From Bacteroidales bacterium (GTDB taxonomy: Bacteria > Bacteroidota > Bacteroidia > Bacteroidales > VadinHA17), in NCBI GenBank assembly GCA_018056245.1, contig JAGPFZ010000001.1:79241-143240 (forward strand): a stretch of DNA of 64,000 nt. The letters run 5' to 3'. Of the stretch, positions 1 to 10,461 are shown piece by piece (position 1 is the stretch's first letter; every line of letters begins with the position of its first letter). The position numbers were made by a program, and so were the translations under genes. The notes under the pieces were generated by a model. That model saw nothing but the letters and a program-made list of their open reading frames with translations. It was not told where the DNA came from and ran no database searches.

Positions 1-367
1 CTACTGCCTGGAGGTTGCCTTTAAATAAACCGTTCCCAAAAGCAATTATTAAAAGACCTACAATAGTAATACCCAGAGTCATATCAGGTATTGCCATTAA
101 AAGATATCCGGCAAACATTATTATTAAACCTGATAGAATTACTGTTTTATATCTGTGTGTTGCATCAGCCAGTATGCCTCCTACCAGGGCAAGTGCATAG
201 ATACTGAAATAAAACCAGCTATAAATATCACCAGCCTTTTCTGCTGATAATCCGAATTTAGCCTGAAGAAAGAGTACGAGAATGGCCATCATTGTGTAAA
301 ACCCGAACCTTTCACCCATGTTGGTAAAAAATGCGATAATCAGACCTTTAGGATGATTCTTAAACAT
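1..367 (-). CDS. POT/PTR2-family di-/tripeptide:proton symporter, N-terminal part (gene runs off the window start)
   Basis: Not in the ORF track because there is no stop in the window. The reverse-strand ATG at 367-365 translates to MFKNHPKGLIIAFFTNMGERFGFYTMMAILVLFLQAKFGLS... This shows the conserved N-terminal PTR2 signature and TM pattern of DtpT-type permeases. Confidence 0.8.
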   Translation of the reverse strand, partial: MFKNHPKGLIIAFFTNMGERFGFYTMMAILVLFLQAKFGLSAEKAGDIYSWFYFSIYALALVGGILADATHRYKTVILSGLIIMFAGYLLMAIPDMTLGITIVGLLIIAFGNGLFKGNLQAV

Positions 368-598
368 AATGTCTTTGTATTATTATATAGCTATAAAAGT
401 ATAATTTTAAATTTTAAATTAATTTATTCCGTAATTTTTATTAAAAAGTCAGTGATAAAATATAAGAAAAAAACAACTGTCCAAGTTATAGGTGGTTAAG
501 ACAATTTGATATAGTCTTATGCTTCAAATGAATGGTCCTGAATATAAAATCCAATTTTTATTCCTTTCCATAATCAAAAAATAACTGTATTTTTACAA

Positions 599-1012
599 AT
601 GGTTAAACTTAAAATTAGCAGTTATGAAAAAACAGTTTCATTTGCAGCATTGTTTATTTTGATTGCATTTTCACTTACGGCTCAGAACCAAAAGCTAAAG
701 TATAATCTGACGGGGATATGGAAATTCGATGCTCCTGATGCTCCTTATGGATATACGTCAGGTTCTATGGAGTTCAGATTGAGCGAAGGCAAATATACAG
801 GCTCCGCTTCTTTCACCGGAAGTGATTACAAAATACCGATTCAGATTTTAAAAGCAGCTAATGATTCAATTTCCGGTGGTATGTATGTTGACGGTACCGA
901 CGTCCGGCTTAATCTGAAGATAGAAAACGAGACTAAAATGACCGGAAAAGCATGGACTCCTGACGGTGTAATTGTTGTAACCGCAATTAAAGAAAAACCT
1001 AAACAACCTTAA
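599..1012 (+). CDS. hypothetical secreted/anchored protein
   Basis: 137-aa ORF with an N-terminal hydrophobic segment (VSFAALFILIAFSLTAQ). No catalytic motif recognised. Confidence 0.45.
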   Translation: MVKLKISSYEKTVSFAALFILIAFSLTAQNQKLKYNLTGIWKFDAPDAPYGYTSGSMEFRLSEGKYTGSASFTGSDYKIPIQILKAANDSISGGMYVDGTDVRLNLKIENETKMTGKAWTPDGVIVVTAIKEKPKQP

Positions 1013-1026
1013 GGGATAACTCCCTG

Positions 1027-3003
1027 ATGAAACATCTGTTTTTCACATTACTTCTTTTATCTTTCTCTCTTGTTGATGCCATCACACAGATAGTCGTTAC
1101 TGTGCCTTTGAGCGCAAGGCTTACAGGATATAAAATAGATGCGGTCCTCGATCCGGACGAGAAAATTGTGAAAGGTAAAATGGAAGCATTCTGGGTGAAT
1201 AACTCATCCGATATTGTGCCCGATGTCAGACTTCACATGTACCTCAATGCTTTCAGCAGTAATAAAACCACTTTCTTTAAAGAGTCTGGAGGCACACCGG
1301 GTTCTGACAGGAAAGATATAGGCTGGATAAGAATTTGTTCGTTAAAAGAGTCCAATGGTACTAACCTTGTGCCTTTGATGAAGTTTATAAGCCCTGACGA
1401 CGGCAACCCTGACGACAGAACGGTTCTTCAGGTAGTTTTGCCCAAGCCTGCTCTCCCGGGCGATACGGTATTCATTGTCTCGGAGTTCGAATCCAAACTG
1501 CCTTCACGCATGATACGCACAGGCTATGCCGACGATTTTTTCTTTGTTGGCCAGTGGTTCCCGAAATTCGGAGTTTACGAGTCTGCCGGCATGAGAAACA
1601 GACTTACCGGCGGATGGAACTGCCACCAGTTCCATGCAAATTCGGAGTTCTATGCAAACCATAGCGTTTATGACGTAAACATAACCGTTCCGACTGGTTT
1701 TGTCGTGGGCTCAGGGGGGATGACCTTGAGCGAGAAAGATAACGGCGACAGTACCAAAACTGTAACAATCCGTGCCGAAGATATCGTTGACTTTGCATGG
1801 ACCGCCTGGCCGGGATATAATATATATACCGACCGCTGGAGAAATGTTAATATTATCCTGCTGTGTCCGCCGGAAAAGAAGGGCCTTGTTCAGAGACATC
1901 TCGTCGCAGTAAAGAATGCGCTCGAATACCTCGATGCTAACGTCGGACCTTACCCCTGGCCTCATCTCACATTCGTCGATCCGCCGGTCAAGGGCATGGG
2001 AGCAGGAGGCATGGAATATACCACGTTATTCACAACCGCTTCAGTTCCGGGCCTGCCTGAATATATGCTCTCACCTGAGTCGGTTACGGTTCATGAATTC
2101 GGACATGCTTATTTCATGGGAATACTGGCAAGCAATGAATTTGAAGAACCCTGGCTTGACGAGGGGGTAAATTCATACTGGGAACAAAGGATTATGGACC
2201 ATTACTACGGCAATGGAGCCGGAGTGATAAACCATCCTCTGCTGAAAGTTTCTGACCGCTCGACCGCACGCTCGGATTATGTCACGTCGCCGTCGAAACA
2301 GGCAGTGACTAATGCTGAATATTCATGGAACTACCCTCATGGAACTTATACTATAATGTCATATCGGAAACCGGCCGCAGTACTTCACACTCTTACCGGA
2401 ATCATCGGAGAAGATACTATGAATGAAGTATTCAGAGAATATTACAGAAAATGGGCTTTTAAACACCCGTCAGGGAAAGATTTTATCGAAGTTTTCAATA
2501 ATACAGTTCCCCGCCTCCATGGACAAAAGTATGGAACAGATTTGAACTGGTTCTTCAACCAGACTCTTTATGGTACCGGGATCTGCGATTATAAAGTTAT
2601 TAATATAATCAACAGAAAGATAAGCAGTCTGGAAGGTGCAGCTTCTATATACGATTCAGTTGAGGTAGTTAAAAATGTCACTAAAGACGATTCATTGTAT
2701 TCTTCAGTTGTTCAGCTTCAGCGCGACGGCGAACTGATGCTGCCTGTTGAAATTCTCGTACGTTTCGATAACGGAGAAGAAGTAACAGAACAGTGGCACG
2801 GCAAAACAAGAGTTAAAGATTTAAAATATACCGGAACAAATAAAGTAGAATGGGTGAAGATAGACCCTGAATACAAGAATATGATGGATATTAATTATAT
2901 AAATAATTCAATGACTATTAATGCCGATGAAAAACCGGTAAAGATTTTGTTCAATAAGCTGGTTTCCATCATGATGCTCTTTCTCGATTTTTTATTTGTT
3001 TAA
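1027..3003 (+). CDS. M1-family zinc metallopeptidase (aminopeptidase N-like), secreted
   Basis: 658-aa ORF with a signal peptide. Carries the gluzincin motif HEFGHAYF followed by WLDEG (HEXXH plus distal Glu). Confidence 0.85.
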   Translation: MKHLFFTLLLLSFSLVDAITQIVVTVPLSARLTGYKIDAVLDPDEKIVKGKMEAFWVNNSSDIVPDVRLHMYLNAFSSNKTTFFKESGGTPGSDRKDIGWIRICSLKESNGTNLVPLMKFISPDDGNPDDRTVLQVVLPKPALPGDTVFIVSEFESKLPSRMIRTGYADDFFFVGQWFPKFGVYESAGMRNRLTGGWNCHQFHANSEFYANHSVYDVNITVPTGFVVGSGGMTLSEKDNGDSTKTVTIRAEDIVDFAWTAWPGYNIYTDRWRNVNIILLCPPEKKGLVQRHLVAVKNALEYLDANVGPYPWPHLTFVDPPVKGMGAGGMEYTTLFTTASVPGLPEYMLSPESVTVHEFGHAYFMGILASNEFEEPWLDEGVNSYWEQRIMDHYYGNGAGVINHPLLKVSDRSTARSDYVTSPSKQAVTNAEYSWNYPHGTYTIMSYRKPAAVLHTLTGIIGEDTMNEVFREYYRKWAFKHPSGKDFIEVFNNTVPRLHGQKYGTDLNWFFNQTLYGTGICDYKVINIINRKISSLEGAASIYDSVEVVKNVTKDDSLYSSVVQLQRDGELMLPVEILVRFDNGEEVTEQWHGKTRVKDLKYTGTNKVEWVKIDPEYKNMMDINYINNSMTINADEKPVKILFNKLVSIMMLFLDFLFV

Positions 3004-3880
3004 CCAAATCAAAGTGAAAATAATCAGACATATTTCTTCAGGATTTATCAGGTCGCTCCAATGCTGGAAATGGATACTCGTTATATGGATTTTTTCCCTG
3101 TTGTTGATATTACTTTTTGCCGTACCTCTTAAATCGGCAGTGAAAAGTATCATCGGTTCGAGCATGATTACAGAAAAAATCTCGGAAGGATTCCTGTCGG
3201 ATGTTATTTCCAACAGCGATTCAGGGTTCAATATTGTATTCTCATCTTTTATAACCGGTTTTTCAATTGTAATTCTTCTCAACATACTGATGAATAATTA
3301 TTTTGCAGGTGGCTTATTCGGCTCATTAAAATCTGCGTCAGGACAAGGAAAATCATCAGTTTTTTTCGAAAATGCAGGTTCAAACTTCTGGTCTTTCCTT
3401 CTGATTTACATTATGTTTTTCGTTGCAGTTTTTATTTTTGCCTCATTAATTATCGGGATACCTTCGGTAATTAACTGGAAATCAATATCAGAAAATCCTC
3501 TCGGCATTATTTATAGCTGGCCTGTGATAGTTTTTGTATTTTTAATTCCTGTCTTAACTCTCATTTTAGACTATTCACGGGCATGGCAGGTTTCATCCGA
3601 CAGTAAGAATGGATTCAAAGCAACAGGTAAAGGTGTAAAGCTTCTTTTTAAAAGATTCTTCCCTTCTTACTTTTCTATTCTTCCTGTGTTTATTATTTAT
3701 GTTCTCTACGCTTTATTTGCCGCAAAAGTTGTAATTTATTCACAACCGGTAAATGGCAGCGGTGTTTTTATGGTTTTTATTCTCGGGCAAGTACTGGCAA
3801 TGCTTAAGATTTTTATACGAAGCTGGCGATATGGTGTGGTTACAAACCTGTATGAAACATACTCCTTAAGAATTCAATAA
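2996..3880 (+). CDS. hypothetical polytopic membrane protein
   Basis: 294-aa ORF overlapping the upstream peptidase gene by 8 nt, with multiple hydrophobic helices. The start is uncertain (TTG 2996 or GTG 3014). Confidence 0.5.
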   Translation: MFNQIKVKIIRHISSGFIRSLQCWKWILVIWIFSLLLILLFAVPLKSAVKSIIGSSMITEKISEGFLSDVISNSDSGFNIVFSSFITGFSIVILLNILMNNYFAGGLFGSLKSASGQGKSSVFFENAGSNFWSFLLIYIMFFVAVFIFASLIIGIPSVINWKSISENPLGIIYSWPVIVFVFLIPVLTLILDYSRAWQVSSDSKNGFKATGKGVKLLFKRFFPSYFSILPVFIIYVLYALFAAKVVIYSQPVNGSGVFMVFILGQVLAMLKIFIRSWRYGVVTNLYETYSLRIQ

Positions 3881-3959
3881 CTTTTCATTTAATAAGGATT
3901 TATAATGATTTGTTATCTTTTGTTCAAAGAAATTTTATGTTGATTATTTATAACTTTTT

Positions 3960-6062
3960 ATGACGAACATGATTATCGTTTATAGAAAAAAAATTGGTAT
4001 TTTTTTCTTTATTTGTCTGATTCAGGCATTTACATTGCTGCTTTTTGCACAATATCCGGCAAATTATCAGTACACTCTGCTTCAAAGCGAGATTGTGGAT
4101 GAAATTATCGGAGCATCATCGGGCGAACTTGCATTAAGACATATTATTGAGCTTGCGCCATACACACAACTCAGGTATGACGAGGAGTTCTCAGGGAACT
4201 TCAGGGAAACAGATTACGTACTTAGCGTATTAAGTAAATACGGGCTGAATCATTCTCTCGACAATGTTGGTGAAATACCCACATGGAGAGGGTTACAGGG
4301 CACTTTGTGGGAAATTAGTCCGCGAAAGGAGAAGGTTGCAGATTTCAGTGAGGTTCCCGAAATGCTTGTCGAGGGGAGTCAGCCTGCAGACCTTACTGCC
4401 GAGCTTATATGGGTAGGTGACGGCTCCCCGGTTATTATAGAAGCCAACCGTGAGAAGATAAAGGGTAAAATAATTGTTACTTCAGCCCCTCCATACTCAG
4501 TGCATCTTAGAGCTTTGAATGCCGGCGCAGTCGGGACGATTTCATACTATTCTCCGCGTCCGCTTGTCGATCCAATACAGATACCCAATACAAGCATTCC
4601 TGCTAAAGGGTTTGCCTTTCTTATGCCGCCTCGCGAAGGTGAGATATTAAAGGACAGATTATTGCGCGGAGAAACAATCAGAGTGAGTGTGAAAATCGAA
4701 AGCAAAACCGAACAGGCTAAACTTCAGGTACCATGGTGCATAATACCGGGCACTGACCCTTCCGCAGGAGAGATCATTTTTACAGCCCATCTTTTTGAAG
4801 GCTATACGAAGATGGGAGCAAACGATAACATGTCGGGTTCTGCTGTATTGCTCGAAGTAGCTCATGTGCTTAATGACCTTATCGAAGCAGAGAAAATCGA
4901 TCCTCCTGTAAGAACTATAAGGTTTTTATGGGTACCCGAGTTCGACGGTACTATACCATGGGTAAATCAGAACCTTCAGAAAGTAAAAAAAGCAATTTGC
5001 GACATAAACCTCGATATGGTCGGCATTAACCTTCGGGCAAATAAGAGCTTTATGTGCCTGCATAAATCGGGCTTCTCTACAGCTCACTATGTGAATGATG
5101 TGGTGGAAAACTATTTCAGGTATGTGGGCGAAACAAATGTGGAAGGTATAACGGACCAGCTTGGCCGGCGCGGTTTTTCCAGGAGAATAGTTGCTCCCAC
5201 CGGCACCAACGACCCGTTCTATTACCGGATTTTATCATTGCACGGCTCATCAGATAATGCCGTGTTCAACGACTGGAGCATAAATATACCTGGTGTGAAA
5301 TTAATCACATGGCCCGACAATTACTATCATTCTTCGGAAGACAATCCCGATAAGTGCGATCCTACCCAACTGAGAAGAATAATATTTATTTCGGCCGCCA
5401 GTGCTTATACGATGGCATCAGCAGATGAAAAGATGGCGGTAAGAATTCTTTCTGAAATGTTTTCCAGTGCAACGGCAAGGCTGGGAATACAAATGGCAAA
5501 ATCGTCCGATATGGTGAACAAGGCTGATGCCGTTGAACTTCCGGCCGCTTACAAACGTGCCTGCTATAACCTCGAAGGAACAGCCATGGCTGAGAAATCA
5601 GCAATGGACAAAGTAATACAGTTGTCGGATAAACCTGAAGTGGTGGGTATGATAGAAGTCATAAAGAAAGAAGTGAATAATATACTTCAGATTCATCTGT
5701 CGGCATTAAAGGAACTTATGATTAATCGGACAGCTCAGATGAAAATTCCTCAGATAAACCTCTCTCCTGACAGCATCGAGAAAAAAGCAACGAAGATAAT
5801 CCCATCAGTTACTGATAAGGCTCTCAACATGGGATATGGAGGTGAATGGAATTATATTTCGGCTCTTTCTTCAGACTTTCTTTCAAAAAACTATTACGGC
5901 AATATTGTCAATACAAGTGAAGCAGCCGGTCTTGCTGACGGGAAACGAAATCTTCTCGAGATTAAAAAGATGGTTGATGCACAGTTCGAGAAAGAATCCC
6001 CTTTACAGGATATTATAAATTATTATACAGTGCTTAAAGAGGCCGGATTGATGAAATATTGA
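3960..6062 (+). CDS. M28-fold peptidase-like protein (aminopeptidase-like), secreted
   Basis: 700-aa ORF with an N-terminal signal/anchor. The metal-ligand-like region TAHLFEGYTKMGANDNMSGSAVLLE and the motif DINLDMVG are typical of M28-fold peptidases. Confidence 0.65.
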   Translation: MTNMIIVYRKKIGIFFFICLIQAFTLLLFAQYPANYQYTLLQSEIVDEIIGASSGELALRHIIELAPYTQLRYDEEFSGNFRETDYVLSVLSKYGLNHSLDNVGEIPTWRGLQGTLWEISPRKEKVADFSEVPEMLVEGSQPADLTAELIWVGDGSPVIIEANREKIKGKIIVTSAPPYSVHLRALNAGAVGTISYYSPRPLVDPIQIPNTSIPAKGFAFLMPPREGEILKDRLLRGETIRVSVKIESKTEQAKLQVPWCIIPGTDPSAGEIIFTAHLFEGYTKMGANDNMSGSAVLLEVAHVLNDLIEAEKIDPPVRTIRFLWVPEFDGTIPWVNQNLQKVKKAICDINLDMVGINLRANKSFMCLHKSGFSTAHYVNDVVENYFRYVGETNVEGITDQLGRRGFSRRIVAPTGTNDPFYYRILSLHGSSDNAVFNDWSINIPGVKLITWPDNYYHSSEDNPDKCDPTQLRRIIFISAASAYTMASADEKMAVRILSEMFSSATARLGIQMAKSSDMVNKADAVELPAAYKRACYNLEGTAMAEKSAMDKVIQLSDKPEVVGMIEVIKKEVNNILQIHLSALKELMINRTAQMKIPQINLSPDSIEKKATKIIPSVTDKALNMGYGGEWNYISALSSDFLSKNYYGNIVNTSEAAGLADGKRNLLEIKKMVDAQFEKESPLQDIINYYTVLKEAGLMKY

Positions 6063-6198
6063 TTTCCGGCAAAAAGAATTATGAAAGGAGTAAGTTTAAT
6101 TTTGTGAAAAAATTAAATAGATATAAATTATTAATATAATAAAAAATTTATTATTTTACAAAATATTCTTGATTTAAAGAACAGTAAATTACTTACAT

Positions 6199-7125
6199 AT
6201 GAAAAAATTCATATTCTATTTTCTTCTGATATTAGTTCTTTCTGGCCTTAGTTCTCAGGCACAGGATAAAAATGTAAATCTTCCTGACGGGTCGAAATTC
6301 AATTTCATAATTATAAGTGATTATGGCAGGAACGGCTACTACAACCAGAAGGAAGTCGCCGGCGTAATGGGCAACATTGCAGGAGAATGTAGTGTGAGGT
6401 TTATTGTAACAGGAGGCGACAACTTTCAGACAAGTGGTGTCGAAAGCACTTCCGACCCTCTGTGGTTATCTTCTTTCGAGAATATCTATTTTCATCCTTC
6501 ATTGCATGTTGAGTGGTATCCATGCCTTGGGAACCACGATCACGATGGCAATATACAGGCACAGATTGACTACTCTAATATAAGCCGCCGCTGGAAAATG
6601 CCTGCAAGTTACTATACACTTGTAAAGACCAGAGATGATGTTAGCATAAGACTTGTGATACTTGATACTTATCCACTTGTTCAAGGTTTGGGAAGTCCTG
6701 ACAAAAAATATACCAGAGAAGATGCTTTGAAACAAATTCACTGGACAGACAGTGTGCTTACTGTGGAGAAAGAAGACTGGGTGATAGTGGTGGGGCATCA
6801 TCCCGTTTACAGTGCTCACCCAACACGGCATAATACGGAAGAACTGGTGCAATATCTGAATCCGGTTATGAAGAGACACGATGTTGATTTTTATATCGGT
6901 TCCCACGATCATATATTTCAGCATCTTAAAGACACTGCAAGTAAAATTGACTATTTTGTTAATACCGCAGGCTCACAGGTACGCAGTGCGGCAAAAAATA
7001 ACATGACTGTCTTTACCGTTTCTTCGCCAGGTTTCAGCATAGTATCGGCAACTAAAAAAGACCTTTCGATCTACTTCATTAATATTGACGGCAAAGTAAT
7101 ATACAAATACGTCAGAAATAAATAA
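6199..7125 (+). CDS. purple-acid-phosphatase-type metallophosphoesterase, secreted
   Basis: 308-aa ORF with a signal peptide. Carries the calcineurin-like motifs GDNF, GNHDHD, VVGHHP and GSHDH. Confidence 0.8.
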   Translation: MKKFIFYFLLILVLSGLSSQAQDKNVNLPDGSKFNFIIISDYGRNGYYNQKEVAGVMGNIAGECSVRFIVTGGDNFQTSGVESTSDPLWLSSFENIYFHPSLHVEWYPCLGNHDHDGNIQAQIDYSNISRRWKMPASYYTLVKTRDDVSIRLVILDTYPLVQGLGSPDKKYTREDALKQIHWTDSVLTVEKEDWVIVVGHHPVYSAHPTRHNTEELVQYLNPVMKRHDVDFYIGSHDHIFQHLKDTASKIDYFVNTAGSQVRSAAKNNMTVFTVSSPGFSIVSATKKDLSIYFINIDGKVIYKYVRNK

Positions 7126-7294
7126 TTAATACACACACATTCAGTATATTATATATTATCTGAGTTTTTGAACCCAAACACTATTCTATATCTGTAAGTA
7201 TAAATACCTAATTAAAAATAGGCATTAAGCTCCTGTAATTCGTCGGACACTTTGGATATTTTTGTATTAGTGATATACGATTTTTACAGGTCAA

Positions 7295-8023
7295 ATGGAA
7301 GGTCTATATAATCAACTACTTGAAGATGTACGCTTTCGTGAAGGAATGAATGCATGTATAAATTGCGGGGTATGCACCGCAATATGTCCAGCTGCAGAGT
7401 TCTATAACTACGATCCTCGCAAGATCGTTAACGAAGTTCAAAAGAAAGACGACGAAGTAATTGAGGCTCTTCTGAAATCTGATACTATCTGGTACTGCGG
7501 TGAATGTATGTCGTGCAAAACGAGATGCCCCAGAGGAAACACACCGGGACTGATTATCATGGCTTTAAGAGCATTGTCTCAGAAAACCGGTTATTTCACC
7601 GAAAGTGAGAAAGGTCGTCAGCAGTTTGCAATAAAGAGAACTATCGGAGAAAATATATTCAATTATGGTTATTGTGTTGCCGCCTATGCGGTTAATCCTG
7701 ATATGCATCCCGAACAGGGGCCTATATGGAGATATATCATTGACCATTCAAAGGAAATTTATGAGAGGCTTGGGGTGAAATATGACGAGCTTGGCGAAGG
7801 CCCCCTGCGTAAGATACCCGAAGATGCGAAAGAAGAACTTCGCAAAATTTTTGAAGTTACCGGAGGCTCTGATTTTATGAAGGAAATCGAAAAACATTCG
7901 AAAAGAAAAGCAAAAGAACTTGGGATTCAGATTAGTGAAACCGGAATCAGGAACGAATATTTTACCAAAGTATATACTGAAAACAGTAACCACCATACCC
8001 TGAACGATCAGGAAGAATTATGA
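7295..8023 (+). CDS. HdrC-like 2x[4Fe-4S] protein
   Basis: 242 aa with two ferredoxin-type cysteine motifs, CINCGVCTAICP and CGECMSCKTRCP. Its stop overlaps the next start (ATGA). Confidence 0.75.
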   Translation: MEGLYNQLLEDVRFREGMNACINCGVCTAICPAAEFYNYDPRKIVNEVQKKDDEVIEALLKSDTIWYCGECMSCKTRCPRGNTPGLIIMALRALSQKTGYFTESEKGRQQFAIKRTIGENIFNYGYCVAAYAVNPDMHPEQGPIWRYIIDHSKEIYERLGVKYDELGEGPLRKIPEDAKEELRKIFEVTGGSDFMKEIEKHSKRKAKELGIQISETGIRNEYFTKVYTENSNHHTLNDQEEL

Positions 8024-9081
8024 ACAACGAAAACTATAAACGGATCTGGTCGGATTATCAGAAAGAGATTGCCGATGATCATTTTTTCTTTGTCAGGTCA
8101 TGTATTCGGCAGTCGTTTTTTCCGGGTTCCGAACAATTCTTTCTTCATTTGATGAGGAATATTCTCGGAAAGGATGTTTATGAAAATCCTTCACATACAA
8201 CTTGCACAGGGATTGGATATCATGCCGATATTGTTCCTTTCCCTACTATTATGACTGTTGTGGCAAGGCATTTTGCACTTATGAAAGAGGCAGGATATAA
8301 AAACCTTGCAATTTCTTGTGTGACATCTTTTGGCATTTATACTGAAATAATCGAAACATGGAAGCACTATCCCGAAGAACTTGAGAAAACGAGAGAATAT
8401 CTGTATAAAGCCACAGGCAGAGAATTCGACCTTCCCGAAAATATGGCACATACAAGCGATATTGTTTATAAATTCAGAAATGAAATTACTACAAAGTCAA
8501 GATACAGACTTGTTAACCAGTTTACCGGCAAGCCTCTTAAAGTTGTCGAACACGTTGGATGCCATTATTCGAAAATGTTTCCAAAATATGGTGTGGGAGG
8601 TGCTGAATTTCCGAAAGTTCTTTCAGGCATGGCCGAAGCGTGGGGAGGAGAAGTAATTGATTATCCCGAGCGGCGCCATTGCTGCGGCTTTGGTTTCAGG
8701 CAATATCTAGTACAGGCAAACAGGGGATATTCTCTATCTAACTCGGTCAAGAAATTTGAATCTATGAAACCATATAAACCCGACGTAATTATCACCAACT
8801 GTCCCGGATGCAATATGTTCATGGACAGGTGGCAATATACGATAAAAGAGATGGAGGGAAAGACCTATGGTGAAAACGGGCAATCCATACCTGTGCTTAC
8901 CTATGAAGAGCTCGCAGGGTTAGTGCTCGGCATCAATCCGTGGCAACTGGGTTTGCAATATCACATGGTTCAATCTGAGCCTCTGCTCGACAAACTTGGC
9001 ATACCGTATAACACTGCCGATAAATACAGGACGAAAGAAGGTAAGGAAATGCCGGTACCTGAAAACCTTATTAATGCCTGA
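8020..9081 (+). CDS. HdrB-like CCG-domain protein
   Basis: 353 aa. It has one canonical CCG-domain pattern (VGCHY...HCCGFG...NCPGC). An N-terminal copy is degenerate (C...CTG...SC). Confidence 0.75.
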   Translation: MNNENYKRIWSDYQKEIADDHFFFVRSCIRQSFFPGSEQFFLHLMRNILGKDVYENPSHTTCTGIGYHADIVPFPTIMTVVARHFALMKEAGYKNLAISCVTSFGIYTEIIETWKHYPEELEKTREYLYKATGREFDLPENMAHTSDIVYKFRNEITTKSRYRLVNQFTGKPLKVVEHVGCHYSKMFPKYGVGGAEFPKVLSGMAEAWGGEVIDYPERRHCCGFGFRQYLVQANRGYSLSNSVKKFESMKPYKPDVIITNCPGCNMFMDRWQYTIKEMEGKTYGENGQSIPVLTYEELAGLVLGINPWQLGLQYHMVQSEPLLDKLGIPYNTADKYRTKEGKEMPVPENLINA

Positions 9082-9086
9082 CTATA

Positions 9087-10109
9087 ATGAGCAATGTTGT
9101 TGTTATCGGTGCAGGTGTTGCAGGTCTCGAAGCAGCTGGGCAACTTGCACTTTCGGGTTATAAGGTAACAGTAGCTGAAAAAGGAGAAAAAATAGGAGGT
9201 AATCTTTGCAACTGGCATCACCTTTTCCCTGATCGGCGAAACAGCGAGGAGGTTTTAAATTATCTGAAAAAGCTTGTAAATAAGCCTGATATCACGATAC
9301 TCACAGGAAAGGAAATAACTAATTTATCGAGGAAAGACGGTAAGATATATTTGAGTTTTATAAAGGGCGATAAACTTGAAGCTGATGCTGTTGTAATTGC
9401 AACTGGATTCGACCTTTTTGATAGCCGCCTGAAAGAAGAATACGGATACGGTTTATATGATAATGTAATTTCCTCAGCCGACCTTGAAAAAATGTACAGA
9501 AACGGTGAGGTCAGAATGAAAAATGGGGAGATTCCTGAAAAGATTGGATTTATACATTGTGTAGGATCGCGGGATGAGAAAATAGGAAATCTGTATTGTT
9601 CAAAACTATGCTGTGTGACAGCCGTAAAACAGGCAATAGAGATCAGTGAAAAGATTAATGATATAAAGGCATTTTGTTTTTATATGGATATGCGTATGAG
9701 TGGGGTATTTTATGAAGAGTTATATCGAGAAGCACAGGAAAAGTACGGGATAAGCTTCATAAGAGGCAAAGTGTCTGAAATTTCTGAAAATATCAAAGGA
9801 AAACTTGTGGTAAAGGCAGAAGACACGCTTGCAGGCCGGCCGCTTAAAATGGAGCTCGATATGGTGGTTCTTATGGCTGGGATCGAAATGTCGAAGTCGG
9901 GAGAACATCTTGCCGACAATTCTTCTCTGCGACGTGGAGAGAACCGGTTTTTTTTACCTGCCGACAATCATTTCGGAAACAATGTGAGCAATATGAAAGG
10001 AGTTTTTTATGCAGGTTGCTGTGTGGCTCCAATGAATATAACTGAATCAATTTCTCATGCGAGAGCCGCAGTAAATGAGGTAATTAATTATTTGAGAAAT
10101 ATTTCATAA
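9087..10109 (+). CDS. short HdrA-like FAD-dependent oxidoreductase
   Basis: 340 aa. Dinucleotide-binding motif VVVIGAGVAGLEAA at the N-terminus and the HdrA-type cluster motif CVGSRDEKIGNLYCSKLCC. No ferredoxin or MvhD-type extra domains. Confidence 0.8.
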   Translation: MSNVVVIGAGVAGLEAAGQLALSGYKVTVAEKGEKIGGNLCNWHHLFPDRRNSEEVLNYLKKLVNKPDITILTGKEITNLSRKDGKIYLSFIKGDKLEADAVVIATGFDLFDSRLKEEYGYGLYDNVISSADLEKMYRNGEVRMKNGEIPEKIGFIHCVGSRDEKIGNLYCSKLCCVTAVKQAIEISEKINDIKAFCFYMDMRMSGVFYEELYREAQEKYGISFIRGKVSEISENIKGKLVVKAEDTLAGRPLKMELDMVVLMAGIEMSKSGEHLADNSSLRRGENRFFLPADNHFGNNVSNMKGVFYAGCCVAPMNITESISHARAAVNEVINYLRNIS

Positions 10110-10113
10110 CTGG

Positions 10114-10461
10114 ATGGGCAGATTTGGATATACATTATCGAAACCAAGAGTAATTGATTATGATGCAAATAACAGATGCATAGCTGAGTTCATTGCTGCA
10201 CATGAGCCTACTTTCAATTTATGTATAGAATGTGGCGGCTGTGCGGCAACCTGTACTGCAGGAAATTTTACATCGTTCAGTCTGAGAGAGATGAATATTC
10301 TTCTCAAACGTGGTGAGAATAGCGTCCCGCATGAAAAGATTCGTAGATGCATGATGTGTGGGAAATGTATTCTTGTCTGCCCTCGTGGAGTAAATACCAG
10401 AAATGTGATTGCTCTTGCAAGGGAAGCCTTTATGAAATTCGACAGAAATGAAAGACTTTGA
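10114..10461 (+). CDS. small 2x[4Fe-4S] ferredoxin-like protein (HdrC-like)
   Basis: 115 aa with the motifs CIECGGCAATC and CMMCGKCILVCP. It overlaps the next gene by 14 nt. Confidence 0.7.
   Translation: MGRFGYTLSKPRVIDYDANNRCIAEFIAAHEPTFNLCIECGGCAATCTAGNFTSFSLREMNILLKRGENSVPHEKIRRCMMCGKCILVCPRGVNTRNVIALAREAFMKFDRNERL

Noticed and set aside
6102-6119. TTGTGAAAAAATTAAATA upstream of the acid phosphatase gene
   Set aside because: Only the left Rex half-site is present. The right half matches 4 of 7 positions.
7257-7264. Bacteroidota-type -7 promoter motif TAnnTTTG (TATTTTTG) upstream of the Hdr-like cluster; the same octamer on the minus strand at 23139-23146 upstream of the decayed HTH gene
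   Set aside because: The positions are plausible. However, the motif is short, there is no convincing -33 element, and it is expected fairly often by chance in AT-rich intergenic DNA. It is not reported as a feature.
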